Shown here in pieces: positions 1 to 13,180 of a stretch of 64,000 nt of DNA (the first letter of the stretch is position 1; every line of letters begins with the position of its first letter). The translations under genes were made by a program, and so were the position numbers. The notes beneath the pieces are model-generated. The model was not told the DNA's origin. It saw only the letters and a program-made list of their open reading frames with translations, and did not search any database. This DNA comes from Obrimoposthia wandeli (taxonomy: Eukaryota), in assembly GCA_977020255.1 (NCBI GenBank), contig CDROCS010000023.1, forward strand, positions 124,001 to 188,000. Direction: 5' to 3'.

Positions 1-761
1 GAAAATTTGAAGAAGGAATTCTTTGCCGTTGTGATTAAGTTTAATGGCAAGCTTCTCGTCAGAAGAAATAATCTAAGATTCTGCATAGAAATGTCAATTT
101 CATCTGAATATATTTCTATGAGCTCGTACATATATTCAAGAGTGATCGAGTCAGCATCTTCTGCTTGTTGACTCTCAAATTTCAGCATAGTCTTCCTGTA
201 AATATCCTTTACCATACCAAACAGATAACTAATTGTATCGAATTCTAAACAAATTTCATCCAAAAGAATTTTACAATGATCAATAATTTCTGAATCTTGA
301 TATATTTCCATCATCTCGGTGATTTCTTCATCATTTTCTTCATATGAAGCCCGAAATTTTGCCAATGTTTCAGGCCATTTGTCCAAAATATTGTTGAATT
401 GCTCCCTTCTGAACTGTCGGTCGTCAGAATTGACAATTTGAAAACTTGAGTATGCTTGTAGGACTTCTCCTAGACATTCCAGTAACTCATCGAGGCATTC
501 ATACGATTCTACGACAAGTTCACGGCATTTATCTTCTTTCTTCTTTTTAAGTAAGGTGAACAAGCAAATTTTCTTTCGCTTTCCATTCTTTATTTCAAAA
601 ACATGTTTCAAAACTGTTCGGCAATATGGACAAGTGTTGGCCTTGACCAACCAAGTGACTATGCACAGTTTGTGGAAGCTGTGGCTACAACTTGTATCAT
701 AGTAATCTTTCGTCTCAATAGGTTCAATACAAATACAGCAATCATCTCTTGTCATATCCAT
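1..761 (-). CDS. RING-H2 finger protein (probable E3 ligase), intronless in view, 3' end outside the window
   Basis: Manual translation from ATG at 761: MDMTRDDCCICIEPIETKDYYDTSCSHSFHKLCIVTWLVKANTCPYCR matches the C3H2C3 RING-H2 spacing. The frame has no stop for 253 codons down to the window edge, followed by a helical acidic region. The ORF track misses it because there is no stop in the window. Confidence 0.85.
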   Translation of the reverse strand, partial: MDMTRDDCCICIEPIETKDYYDTSCSHSFHKLCIVTWLVKANTCPYCRTVLKHVFEIKNGKRKKICLFTLLKKKKEDKCRELVVESYECLDELLECLGEVLQAYSSFQIVNSDDRQFRREQFNNILDKWPETLAKFRASYEENDEEITEMMEIYQDSEIIDHCKILLDEICLEFDTISYLFGMVKDIYRKTMLKFESQQAEDADSITLEYMYELIEIYSDEIDISMQNLRLFLLTRSLPLNLITTAKNSFFKF

Positions 762-1803
762 AATTTGTTATTTAGTTTTATAAAAAAAATAATAGAAATA
801 AAGTTTCTTGTAAATAATTAAAAAAAACATTACTTTTTATAATTTATTCTATTGGTCAGCATTTTTTTCTACACATAATAAATATGCATTTTTAGAATAA
901 AACAATATTGATATGATGGCTCACAGTTGAGTCATCGGCAAAGATGAATCTCACTGAAATCACAGAAGTGACCTAAAAGTCTGAAGTTCTAAAAGGTTCA
1001 AAAGACCGCTTGGTTTATGATTATGTGATAAAATGCAATTGCTAACCAGTTTCTTTGCTACAAAAATTCTATATTATCCTTGGGTATCACATATATATTT
1101 TTGTTGCTTTCCTATAATTTCTTTATATTTAATTAAAATTTAAATTCTTTTGTAAAACCTATCATAATTAATTTTCTCACTTTTTAGAAACTTTCCATTT
1201 ATTGGAAGATATTGAATATCAAAATTTTAGTCATATCTGAAGCTTGTCGAATTGATATTTCCAGGTATTTTGTATTACTAAAAAGGAGCTAATATGTGTT
1301 GATTTTGGCTTTAACTACGACATTTTTTTACGCGGTAAATTTGTTTCAGATCATCAATGACAATTAAATAATTTGAAAATTGATGAAAATTTAATATTTT
1401 AAATATGAACTAAATCTGATTTGGAAATTGAAAATACAACCTGAACTTAACAGTGTTGGACATTTGTTTTAAAAACTGGAATTGGTATATTTTAGGCTAG
1501 TTTAATTTTAAAAAATGAAATAGCACAAGGAAATTAAAAACGTCAAATTTTATAATTTTATAAACACACATGATTGACTAGAAAAAATCATTTAACCTTT
1601 AAAATACACGAATTTTCAATCGGTCAATTTACATTATTTAACAATGGTCAAAGTTAATATGGATTTTTTATTTCACGATCCTTTTATAAGGAAAGTTATA
1701 ATTGTTCTTCTGTTTCTTTTCGAAAGTTGTCTAAACCTAGTTATCATATTTAGAGTGAAATGTAAAAATAGATTTATAAAATTCTAAATTTATTGTCATT
1801 AAG

Positions 1804-4800
1804 ACACTGAAATAGATTGGATTGCTTATATGCAAGAGGTAGAGGGCTTTCTCAATGGAACTCTTGACTATGATCGACTGCAAGGCCAAACTGGACCGCT
1901 TGTGTAAGTTTTAGATATATTATTTCTTAATTGTTTTAATTTATTTTCCAGTTATCCAGCTGGATTTGTGTACATTTACAGCATTTTGTATTGGATTACG
2001 TCAAAAGGACAAAACATTATTCTGGCTCAGTTGATTTTTGCAGTGCTCTATCTCATTACAATTGCTCTCGTTTATAGGTTGTATTATAAGATGAAATTTG
2101 TAAGTTTCAATTTTAATAATGAATAAACCACATATGAATCTTGACCCTAAATTGTTAAGTAAAATAAAAATGCAAAGTTGTCTTGGAACTTTTATTTTTT
2201 GAGACGGCCATAGATAGCATCGTCGACGCAGATGCGCATTCTCCTCAGTGGTGGTTGTGAAATGATCAATAACTTCATTTGATTCGTGATAAGCATCTGA
2301 AACTTCTGTAGATGTTCTCAGATCTTCCACAAATTCCAGGGAAACAAGTTATTTGGTATTTTCCCTGACTCCATTTCTGGTCGAATATATACAGAGACGT
2401 CACCACACATGCGCATAGGGTTTCCCGGTTCCCATTAGCAGAATTGTAATGTAGACCTATGTAGGATTTGGGTTTTATCTTCCCACCGACGACGGTAGGA
2501 CGGTGTATTGGCGAAAGAAGGAAACTGAACGATTTATAGCTAAACATCGTCATTTTTTAACGAACACTTATTTTTGCTTTTCTATGCTAAACTTTCGGCT
2601 CTCTAAGCAGTTCCACATCAAATTGTGCCACAGTTTTACCTCTTTCAACTCCCTCTTAGCTTAGACATGGTAATTCATATCATATTTATCTATTTGCACT
2701 GTATGGTAACTCCTTCGCATGGGAAAATACAGGCATTTAATAGGCAATAAAAATTTAGAAAATGTGAAGTCAGCAAAAGAATCGACGAAGCATGTATATG
2801 ATCCATCTTCACAAATAAATAAATAGAAAACTCTTTTGTTATTTCAAGGAAATTGATATTCTATGCGACAAGACTTTCTCGGCCTTTGTTAAAACATCAC
2901 TGACCTCTTGTTCTAGAATAATTTTTTACAGCTTCACTAGATGCAGAAAGGTTTCCATGTTTAAGACATACTATGCGGGAGATTCCTAAAGTGAACTGGG
3001 GAGACTCAACCTATCAGGACTGAATAATGTCCAATAATGTGTAAAATATAACACAAATAATTCAGTCTAATTCTAGCAGCTGATGTCAGTTTGTGACGTT
3101 CTTGCTCACAATAGCATTGGGAAAATGCTCGTAGCAGGTTTAGAATGTCATTGGAACAAAGCATGGTCGAAAAATTTGCATTTTCACCTTTTTCATCTGT
3201 ATTTTTGTCTACCTCGGTATTCTTATTTAATCTAGCAACTTCGATGAAGAAAGCCAAACATCTTTAAAATTGGAGAATAAGTTGCAAATTGAATTGTTAA
3301 ATGGGTCCTAACGCCCACACACCAAACTTGACATGATCTCTGAACTGGAATGTGTCGCATGTAAAATCTCTTTTCATCTGAATGTTTGCAGTATCTCGGT
3401 TTAAAATTGTTTTTATAGTGGATTTTGAAAGATTCATTTCAGAACGTGTTTTTATTCATTTGCGATCTTTTATATTTAAATTTTTTATATCAGATTTTGT
3501 AATTTATGCCAATTATGGCAAAGCAAACATACATTTCTTACTTATAAGTAAAAGTAGTAAAATAAACAAATTAATAATTTGAAGATTCTTTTCATATACT
3601 GGCCAGCTGGTTTCAACTCTGATATAAATATAAAGATATAGACCAATTAAATAAATCAATTTACAAAAATCCAAGTCATTGAATTGGTTTTTTTGCAGAT
3701 CCCTAACTTCGTGTTCGTGTTTTTGTCCTGTACATCATACCGCATTCACTCTATCTACGTCCTGCGGCTCTTCAATGACCCTATCGCGATGTTGTTGCTC
3801 TACGCTGCCATAAACTGCTTCACATCGGGTAAATTCTCTTTGGGATCACTTTTCTTCAGGTGAGCTTAAAGTTTAGATAAAATAATAAGATAAAATACGG
3901 ATACCTGAATAAATAAAATATTTTGAATTCAATTGTTCTTAATCAGTAGCTAATCCATTCTCTTATGTAGTTGTAAAACTGATCTTTCAGCTTTATTTAA
4001 AATGTAGAATTTGAAATTAAATAATTTGTTATATTTTTTTATTTTTTTACATTTCTTTTGTGAACAATTTTCAAAAATCTGTGATTAAATAAAGAGTATT
4101 TATTATTAACCTTAATTTTTGTGTTACATATTTTACAATTTATGACAAATTTTGAAAAGTGAAAATTAATTTATACAAATGTATTGCTTATAAATAAAAG
4201 TAGTAAAATATACAGAAATTCCTTGACCGAATTTGGGTTTACAAGTTATTTTATGTGTCGAAAACTAATTGTTGAAATCGATCAATATACACCAGAAAAC
4301 TGCGTTTTACAACCAGAAGTTCTTTATCATCACTAAATGACTCGCGTTATTTGTTATTTTTTAAAGCTTGAATATTGTTTCTAATGTTCAACGACTTTTT
4401 ATTAACCTACGCAGAAAATTACAGTATTATATACCTTTATATTATATACCTTAGAAATAATATAAAGATCTTCATAATTTGTTCATATGAATGAAACATG
4501 TGGAATTTGATAAAAAAAGTCACAAAGTTTAAGTAAAGTTTGATTCTGAAACTTTCTAGACTGATAAATAGACAGGAAAATGTGGCCTATCAAAGTTCAA
4601 TGTGGCACAGTCGTATTTTACACCTATTTTTGTCATTGCCAGTCTCGGAGTGTCTGTGAAGATGAACGTGCTTCTATTTGCCCCCGGCCTTCTGGCCGTG
4701 TTTCTTCACAATTGTGGCGTCTGGGGAACTCTGGAGCATCTAGTGGAGTGCTTCTTAGTACAGGTTAGTGAGTATAAAGAAGGCTACTGTCGGGAAAGTG

Positions 4801-7800
4801 CCAGGCTTCATAAAGGTTTCTGTAAATTACAAACCCCTTTGCGGGTTGGATTGTAATAAGGCTTTCACTTATGAAAAATAGCACTTTAATTTATGCACAC
4901 TTTTAAATATGAATTTTTGCCTTTCTCTAATCCCGAATTTCTAAAATGAAAGAAGTGGACTACTTAATTAAATTAGTCTAGAAAGTTTATTGAAGGTTAC
5001 GAAAAGTGACGAATAACACAGACAGCTCTATACATGTTGGATGGCTTGAGAATCAGAAAACTAAGTATCCGCTTTGTGCTACGATTCTGCGATAGGGCAA
5101 AATGTGACACGGTTGGGGTTGGTAGGGGCAAATATCTGTACAATATTTTCACAGAAGATGAGATGCCATTTAGTCTTGTGCTCTACATCAAATGTAATCC
5201 CGGTAAAAGTGCTCCGTTCTGACCAATGGCACAGAAAATATTTCATGCCGAGTGTGTTTAGGACGTCGAAGGACTCACCACATTAGACTACCGATGGAAT
5301 AGTTAACTCCTACGCTGCAATGCCCACTGATGTGAGAAAGCAGAAATGCGAGGTTTCAGAAATTTATATTGTTTTTACCTCAATCTGTTGGTTTATTTGA
5401 ATATAAAAATTTGTCAAGGACTTTTATTCACATCATGTTAAATTTCCTTGGGTAATTTCCCGTTAAATATTCGTGTATGTCAAGAAACTGCACAATATAT
5501 TAATCGATGCTGCACTGTGCTCGCAGTTGGTGCTGGGTGCTCCCTTCCTGATACACAACTCAACAGCATACTTGGGTCGTGCATTCGAGCTCAGTCGACA
5601 ATTCTTCTTTCGCTGGACTGTGAACTGGCGCTTTCTTCCCGAGTGGCTCTTCTTAGATCGCCGATTTCAGCTTGCCCTACTCTGTGTGCATCTTCTTCTG
5701 CTCTGTCTCGCTTTGCTCAAGTACTACAGGTATGTACCAATACTCATTTTGTTCGCTGAAAGTGGGCTAACAGTTAATTCTTTGTCAATACAACAAAATT
5801 AAAAAAGGGGTGGTAATATTGCAAAAGTAAACAGAAAAAATAAATCCACAATTTATTATCGAAAATCTCATGAGTTAAAAATATTTTAATAATAAATTAT
5901 TTAACTTTGGTATTACTTTTTAAAACGTTCCGCCTTTATTCTCTATTTCATCACAGGTTCCGGTCTTGTCATCCAACAACAAACGGAGTGGCTAGTCAAG
6001 GTAAGAACTGACTGTTAGTTATTTGATTTCTCCTATTATCGAATGTTTACTGGGCAATTTTAAAACAATTTTGTTTTGAATAAAATGCGGTTATTTTTTA
6101 TAATCTTATTTATAAATTTCATTTTAATAAACGTTTGCATTATAAACTGGTTTTTAGAGTAAACGTACTATTTTAAGAGGCCTAATAAGTGTTCCTAAAG
6201 GGTGAAAACTATTTATTTGAAATAAAGAGTTGGATTTTTGTAATATTTAACAGTTATAACTTGGCTTTCAACTTGGACGCTCGGAATTGAATGAATTTTT
6301 TCATTTAGACAGATAATGTTAAAATATTATACTCTTAATGATACGAGATCAAACTGAGTCTGTATTCACACAAAATAAACGCTAAACATCTTATTTTTAA
6401 TATTTATATTTTATTGACAATATTACAATTATAAATAATTTTAAGAAAAAAAAATCTTAAATATATAATTTAATCTGAGTCACAAAAAATTTAATATTTT
6501 TAGAAAAAATATAAATATATATTTTACAATAATATATAAAATATTTTGTTTAAAACTTTCTCTAAACGACATAAAAATTTTAAAAATGTCCGATTTGTGT
6601 AGAAATCTCAAATTCCCGTTTATATAATATGGCAAATTTCACATGATATTTTTTAAACGGTTTCCTTTTATTAGTTCAATTTGCTAATTTAATTACTAGC
6701 TAGGTACTTTTATTGTTAATTTTTTTTTTATTTGAATTTTAATTGTTATGAAAGTACAAAAACCTTTTAAATTTTGTTGAAAGTATTGCATGTGATGAAA
6801 CTACCGTATTTTCTTAACTTACAAATTAAATTATGTATTCATTAATATACTGAAAATCGTCTAAATACCAACTTATTTTGAGCTCGCTCGGAAAAGCCTT
6901 GAGATAGTTCAACCTGAGTTTGAGACCTTCTCTTGTCAGTTAATAAATGTTTTGTATTTCATTCCTAATATCTTGTCCTCTGTTTTTTCTCTCGTATAAT
7001 GCCATCGATTCAATCAGCTCCTTCAATATATTTCCCGAAAGAAATCTTTGAAGCCCTGCTAAACGGGCACCCGATGAAATAGCTGTACGGTAATCCAAAC
7101 CAATCAAAAACATTCGTCTCTGTTTAAAATCTAAATTGCAGAATGACAACTAAAATTCTGGACTAATTAAAAAATGAAAATTACGATAACAAATATAAAT
7201 ATTTCAACAAAAACAGTGTATTATCAACAAGATGAAGATATCCCAATTGTCTAGCTCATACTTTGTCCACCATTGCCTTGTACATCGCTGAATCAATCTT
7301 TTTGAAGCAAAACTTAATCTTATTCTTATAAATGAGAACTTTTTAAAAGCCTCATAAGTCTACATTTGGTCTTTGAGGATAATTAGACGGATTCCTTTCT
7401 TTTTATAGAAAATTGAAATGGCTTGCCGCTAAATCTCATCAAACATATATAATTGTCGTCACTATGATAATTTTATACAAATAGTAAAGGAAATAGTCAA
7501 AATGTTTCATTTATCGCTAAACAAATCAGAACGTTAGCTTCAATTTTTTGTTTTAGTATCTTTGACACATTTGTACCAAGATCTTCTCCAATTTTGTAAA
7601 TATAGCAATATTTATTCCCATTACACCACTTGAGCCAAAATATATAATTCATCATCCACATTAACCCATTAGAGCCCACTGGTGCGTTTTCGCACCAGTG
7701 GCATTTTATATTTTTTTCCCTATTGTGATATATTGGCATATTTCAAGCAATGATATAAAATTAGAGATGTATGGAGACATATTGGTGCACTTTGTTTAAA

Positions 7801-10800
7801 ATTACTACAATTTGTTTAGATTTTCAGTGTATGAAGGGACTTTTATCTTTTTAAAAGCATGAAGGCCTTTTACTTGACCAATTGTTGACTTCCGTCATAT
7901 TTGTTTGCCAAAGATCTTTGAGAACTTTTTTTACACTTAGGATAAATGTTATCAATTTCTTTTTACTTTTATTTGAACGTCTTGAAACTGATTGACCAAT
8001 TTTGACCGATGTATACTACTGGATTGTTGTACAAGGACATTTCTTTTAAGCTCCGCATTCAAAATCGATAGCATAATGATGTACATAGTGTGATCCAAAA
8101 TGTCCCGAACTAATTAAGAAAGAATAAAATAATTAAAAAACAAATTCTTCGATTCTGCAAAATGAGAGAATTACACAATTCTTCTTTATTGACAGAAATT
8201 TCACTTTGACGAGCAACTCCAGAATAATTTTGTTCGACATAATTATTATTTAATAAATAAAAAAATAAAAGTACATTTAATTACTATTAATAGACCTTCT
8301 ATTTACACGATAAAAATTATCACAATCGATTGTTTCTTTCTTAATTAGTCCGGGACATTTTAGATCACATCATGTAGATTTTACTTTTTAAATTAGTTTG
8401 AACTAAATAGATTAAAACAACATATATTCTAAAATAATTATATTTCTTCAGAATAATCAAAAGATATAAATTAGTCCAGATTTGTGGTTGTCACTTGTCA
8501 TACTTAAAATATCCCTGACCTAGAATGAAAAAGCTTCTAAAATATGTTCTATAATTGGTCGTTTATTATATAATTCATATGTTGTGAGATTGCGATTTTG
8601 GCCATATGCACTTCACCGATCTAGAAGGTCACTTCAGATTTGGTTACGGACATTATTTCTATCAGTATGTTAATAACAAGAAGCCAGGAGTTTATTAAAG
8701 TTTCCCAAACGTATCGTAATTTTAGAAACGCCAAGTTAATAGATATTTTGATCATAAACCTCGAAACCAAACTAAGTCACATGAAATCCTTTATTGATGA
8801 TGAAATACAGTATTGCATATTCATGTTTGTTTTAACAAATCAATTCGTGTAAAGGTGTGGTCATTCTAATTTTTACAGTGTCTCAAAGTTTTAGAAACAA
8901 TTTTGTGAATAAAATTTTGTTCTTAAATTTGTAAGTTTTTAATTTAAGTATATTTAGGAATATGAAGTTTTCCGATCAGTATAATTGTAATAAAAGAGTC
9001 GTATTACGCTCTCGAAAAATTGCAAAATGCTCTGAAACTATCAGCGCAACACAAAAGTAAAGAATGCATTTTTGCACGAAAATAGATTTTTTTGGCTTGG
9101 CTTTAGAAGGTTTCGAAGGGATCTCTGTAAAACCGGAATGTTTTAGTAAAAGGAAATAACCTATGGTGTTAGGTGTTAAGAGTTATTTCTATAACCTATG
9201 TTATGTGACTAAGCTTTGTTGAAGGTTCGATGAATAGCCAGAAATACCAAGAGATGATGAATTTGATTTTATTATCAAAAATTCAAAACAATTACCAACT
9301 TATTTTGAGCTCGTTCGGAAAAGCCTTGAGATAGTTCAACCTGAGTTTGAGACCTTCTCTTGTCAGTTAATAAATATTTTGTATTTTTGTATATTTGTAT
9401 TATACCTACCACCAAGATAATCTTACTTGTCACAGTTCTAAGTAGTACAAAATATTTATAAATATAAAATGTCTATAAATTTACTTTTATTTTTTAAACC
9501 TTATTTCTACAATTTTGAAACATGCTTTAGGGTTTGACCATCAGTATGATGTATCAGTAACCTTTAAACACCATGTGACCTTACCTCTCAGTAAAGTGCA
9601 ACTTCGTCCTGTTTTTTACATTATTTTTATCCATAATAATTATTACATGTAACATAAGATTAAAAAATATAATATGTACAATAATTTGATTCCCCATTTG
9701 CAGTAGACGTGTTGCTTCTATTCGCCAGCAATTTCATCGGTATGGCTTGTAGTCGGTCGCTGCACTATCAGTTCTACGTGTGGTACTACCACACACTTCC
9801 CGGGTTGTTGTGGAGTTGTTCTGGCATCTCCCATGTAACGAGGTTAGTAGGATACAACATCCCGCGTACTGGAGATTTATGTATCTCATCCAATTTACAT
9901 TTTGTCCGCAATATTGGGGCATGCGGAGTAAACGACAAAAATAATGATGAAGCCAATGCAGTCATACGATACAATCATACCATGGGTGGTGTCGATAAAC
10001 TGATAAACTCTACAAGTGGGCAAGAAAGACAATGAAATGGAATAAGAAATTTGTATCGTATATTCTGCAACATGCTACACTAAATGCTCATTCAAACGCA
10101 AAACTCTGTGTTATAAAATGAAGTGGCAAATACAGATGATCGAGTTTGTAGGCCATTTCCCGAATTCCTCCCAATCCAGGTGGAAAGACAAACCGTCCAA
10201 AATGGGAAAGAATTTACATGGTATATTCAGACTACTACTTATTACTTATAGTAGTCCATAGTGTCCAACAAAGCCAGGTCTGAGGACTGACAGTTTCAAA
10301 ATATACCACACAGTGTAAGATTTCAGGGTTGATTTGTGATCTTAGCTTTTGGTACAAACTGTTATAATTGTTTAATATTATTCTTAATGTAATTATTTGT
10401 AAAATTCTATATCTGCATTTGTGTATTTTTATTCTATATTCGTGTAGTTGAATTGCAATGCATCATTGGATTTTTAAAAATATTCAACGTATGTTCAGCA
10501 TATGGGTAAAATTATTCGCCATTAAAAGTACAATTTGAATTCGTTTATTTGTATCCATTTTAAATTTGGCACAAACACAAGTTAAAACTAAATTAATATG
10601 ACAAAACAAATAGATTGTCAAAAAATAACACGATAATCTCTGTATCGATTAAGAACCCCACAGCTGCTTTACAATCACCACGTATTGACATGATTAAAAA
10701 AGGATATCATTTTGTATTCTATCTTTGAAATGCAGAAGTCCTAGGAGAAAACGTTTCCTCGATTTATGATCCTGATTAAAAAAAGAACTATCGGTGAAAG

Positions 10801-13180
10801 CTTAACTAAAAATAAGAAACCAGAATATTTGAAGATTTTACCACTATTTTTGCAATACAAATTGAGCATAAATTTTGGTAAATATCAAAACGGAGATTAG
10901 TTTTTGTTTCTTGACAGTGAATTTGTAAATATACAGGAATTGTGGTTAATGCCACAGAAAACATCCGCAATAATCGGGAACTATAACGTGTGGAATACAC
11001 AGTATTGGTGCTGAGTTTTCGAAAGTCATTTGAATTGAGAAGGAAATAAATTAAAACCAAACATTAATTTGAAACTATTATTTATTTCAGCCGCCTTAGC
11101 TTTAAAAAAGGTTATGAAACCTTTAAAATTAAAAAAAATTGTATCAGACTTTTCTAAATTCTATTAGATTCATTGGATTTTCTCCAGTTATTTTTCAATA
11201 GCTTGGCTGAAAGTATTCCCTAAGTAGTGTCCATTGAATGTAGCAATCACTCTCTTTTCCATAGGCAAAGTCGAATTGGGTGGCAAAAAATAATATTCAC
11301 ATTTTCACACAAATCGCTTAGTCCTGCTGGTGACCCGGAGCATTATCCAAAATAAACGAAATTTTAAATTCAAGCTTATTTAAATGACAGTATTTTTTCT
11401 ATTTTCCTAATTTCAAATTTTCTAAATATATTCAAATACTAAAAAGGTTTTGCTAATTATCAACCGCAGTAAATCGAAAATTGCAATAATCGGGGTATTT
11501 GCGTTTTTTAAAATCTGAAAAAATTATAAATGGACAAAGTAACTTTTTTTAGTATTAATGAGAATGCGGATAAATCTCTCATTTTGAGCCAATTAATAAT
11601 CGTACGAAACTGCAAGTTTTATTTATATATTTATTCAGTTAAAAAAAAAACTTTTTTCTTTTTACACCATACAAATTGCTGTTTTCTATTTGCGCTAGTT
11701 ATTTTTTTGAAACAATATTTTTTTTACTGTAAAGTTAGTTAACTTAATAACTTAATCAACCGCCAGATAACACAAATTTATATAATTAATTTTTTGTATT
11801 ATAACCAATATTTTTGTCACATCAAATGATGCGACCCACTTCAAGTTTATAGTGCAAAGTTTGTTGCATATTATCTTTATGTAAAATAAATTGCTATTGA
11901 GTTAAAATGTTTCTACATTTGCGCAAACAATCTGTTATAATTGATGAGACGGTCTCAGAATCTGAATACTTCAAATGCGGGTTTTCTCAGATATCTAAAT
12001 CTTATTTGCAATTCTTACTTCGTCAATCGTAGCGATTGTTAAGAAATATAATATACATGTCCATCTTTATGTTGATACACATTTGTTATGTTAAATTCGA
12101 TTCTATTTGAAGATGAATGAAAATAAAACTGAGGCTATATTATTTGGATCTAAGAATAATTTAATTTTATTAATGAAAAAAGAAGTTTCATATGTTGAAG
12201 GAAATATTATTAATATTATAATGAATTGTCCAATTAATCAACCTCTCCTTATTTGGTATTCATTGTAACATAATAGCTATAATATTATATTCAAATTAAA
12301 GACATGCTAGTACAGGTGAACACTTATTAAAGCTCCATTGGCCAGAATTGAATTCAAGATTCTACTTATCCTCAGAAATGTATTCTCTCACAAAGTCCAA
12401 ATATTTATATGATCTCCTCGAGCCTAATTATTATAGCATGTATATGCATCTTAAGAGACGATGACTACAGATTTGTCAAATAATTCTTCAATAACAGAGT
12501 GATAGAATATTTTTAAAAATTACTCTGAATCTGTACAACAATTTGTCGATTAATAAAAGAAACTGTAACAATGTTGAAAATTTCAAGAGGTATCTGAAAT
12601 TTTTAGTATTCAGAAAATATTACTAAAAATAATGGAAAACAGAAACCACTATTGAGGAATAAATTATAGATATTTTTATTTATTAGCGCTATATTAAAAA
12701 TATTATTGTATTATAAAAATTTAAATATTTTCAAAATAAAGTGGAAGACTTTCTTTTTATGTAGCGTTATGAAGAGTTCCTATGATATCTAGTTCTAGTT
12801 TCAGAGATATTGTAAACCAAAGCTTTGGTGCATTTAAAAAAATGCGTGTTCATTAAATTCTGCCGCTTTATAATTATTTTCTTTATTTGTTGATTTATTA
12901 ATATTTTTTCTTTCATTATTTATCCTAATGAGATCAAAAATACCTTATAATGCTGATTAAATGTAGGTCAACAACGATTGACCTAATTTTTGTTGGTAGG
13001 CTGCTGGTGTGGGGACTCATCGAAGTGTGCTGGAACACATACCCATCAACTGTGGTTAGCAGTGGCCTTCTTCACTGTTGCCATGTCTACGTGCTGTACC
13101 AGCTCTCCAAGACCAGTTTGACCTACATTTCAGGGCCCCTGACGACGGCTGCCGGTGACGCAAGAGTCAAGAAGGAGTAA
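1804..13180 (+). CDS. ALG3: Dol-P-Man:Man5GlcNAc2-PP-Dol alpha-1,3-mannosyltransferase (first exon(s) not found)
   Basis: GT-AG exons with consistent phases: 1804-1903 ([18 protein letters not shown]...GQTGPLV), 1952-2099 ([10 protein letters not shown]), 3699-3859 ([16 protein letters not shown]), 4643-4763 ([13 protein letters not shown]), 5527-5729 ([16 protein letters not shown]), 5957-6000, 9707-9842 ([22 protein letters not shown]), 13000-13180 ([13 protein letters not shown], stop). These are hallmark ALG3 motifs. AATAAA at about 13351. Confidence 0.96.
7150..7900 (-). mobile_element. Degraded piggyBac-like transposase relic
   Basis: Remnants resembling the piggyBac G-I-K-x-W...YIY.G..LG..V block (ORF 7497-7739) and a downstream [10 protein letters not shown] block. 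Several stops and frameshifts. Confidence 0.4.
8084..8374. mobile_element. MITE with about 45-bp imperfect terminal inverted repeats and TA target duplication (Tc1/mariner type)
   Basis: ta-catagtgtgatccaaaatgtcccgaactaattaagaaag at the left end is the reverse complement of ctttcttaattagtccgggacattttagatcacatcatg-ta at the right end. Confidence 0.7.
9900..10317 (+). mobile_element. piggyBac (PGBD-like) transposase C-terminal relic
   Basis: [11 protein letters not shown], then after a frameshift [14 protein letters not shown]...ATLNA, then GHFP and a terminal CPTKPGL...FKIYHTV* Cys-rich remnant. Confidence 0.75.
11200..11350 (-). mobile_element. pogo/Tigger-like DDE transposase fragment
   Basis: LDNAPGH followed, across a frameshift, by FLPPNST..PM...VIATF..HYL, the pogo DDE signature. 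Confidence 0.6.

Larger units (their letters stand above)
6866..9386 (+). repeat. Pair of about 94-bp direct repeats (6866-6959 and 9293-9386) in an ALG3 intron
   Basis: Near-identical taccaacttattttgagctcg...gagaccttctcttgtcagttaataaat at both positions. Confidence 0.85.

Noticed and set aside
603-821. ORF-track 72-aa ORF
   Set aside because: It is the antisense shadow of the RING-H2 gene.
1180-1350. Candidate ALG3 first exons (donors at about 1265 and 1336)
   Set aside because: The translations lack resemblance to the hydrophobic segment that precedes YTEIDW in ALG3.
5050-5290. Possible Helitron/PIF1 helicase C-terminal relic (ALCY..A.GQ...GL...FS)
   Set aside because: Similarity is too weak to support without a profile search.
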